Sequence record: SRR31156797_7961 | Reading direction: 5' to 3' (one strand) | Length of the DNA stretch: 48,695 bases | Shown: one piece after another, positions 48,441 to 48,695 of the stretch | Numbering within the stretch: position 1 is the first letter of the stretch | Layout: every line of letters begins with the position of its first letter | Translations under genes and position numbers: made by a program | The notes under the pieces: model-generated | What the model was told of the DNA's origin: nothing | Database searches by the model: none | The model's input: only the letters and a program-made list of their open reading frames with translations

Positions 48441-48695
48441 ATGTCTGATAAAAGTAAAATAATTGATATTAGTATAGAGGACTCGGTAGAGAATAGTTAT
48501 CTCGATTATGCCATGTCCGTTATCGTTGGCCGTGCGCTCCCTGATGTTCGTGACGGTCTTAAGCCGGTGCATAGACGTGCCCTCTTCTCTATGAACGAGA
48601 TGGGCGTACACTATAACAAGGCTTATAAGAAATCAGCCCGTATTGTCGGTGACGTAATTGGTAAGTATCACCCGCACGGTGACTCTGCTGTTTAC
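48441..48695 (+). CDS. gyrA: DNA gyrase subunit A, 5' part (runs off window edge)
   Basis: Manual translation: [46 protein letters not shown]...[22 protein letters not shown]. Confidence 0.97.
   Translation, partial: MSDKSKIIDISIEDSVENSYLDYAMSVIVGRALPDVRDGLKPVHRRALFSMNEMGVHYNKAYKKSARIVGDVIGKYHPHGDSAVY

Overview
Core-chromosome window of a low-GC (roughly 40% by eye) flagellated Gram-negative anaerobe. Gene content and order suggest Deferribacterota (Denitrovibrio-like), which is inference only. From left to right it holds: groEL (partial) and groES under a perfect CIRCE, flanked by TGTCA-tagged palindromic repeats; HIT-lapA-lapB-like-mutS-membrane protein-MBL hydrolase-DsrE; and a minus-strand run mqnC-GAF kinase-fapA-uvrA-amidase-glmU. 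Next is a ~25 kb plus-strand flagellar/chemotaxis cluster (fliR flhB flhA flhF flhG fliA cheB fliM fliY cheY cheZ cheA). Its accessory tail contains an OmpA protein, an Mrr-fold membrane protein, a PAS-PP2C/STAS/STAS-HEAT/CheR module, PilZ-like and FliK-like proteins, MscS and a degenerate 2Fe-2S RACo-like protein behind a sigma28-like promoter. After that come a rod-like structured intergenic element and a divergent tandem-Hfq plus receiver pair. An AT-rich region with DnaA boxes and DnaA-trios (probable oriC) precedes dnaN-recF-gyrB-gyrA (partial), and dnaA is missing from its usual position. The most notable items are the double-Sm Hfq/receiver/structured-RNA unit in the dnaA slot next to oriC, and several apparently catalytically dead domains appended to the motility operon. 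All family assignments come from motif recognition by eye; no searches were run.
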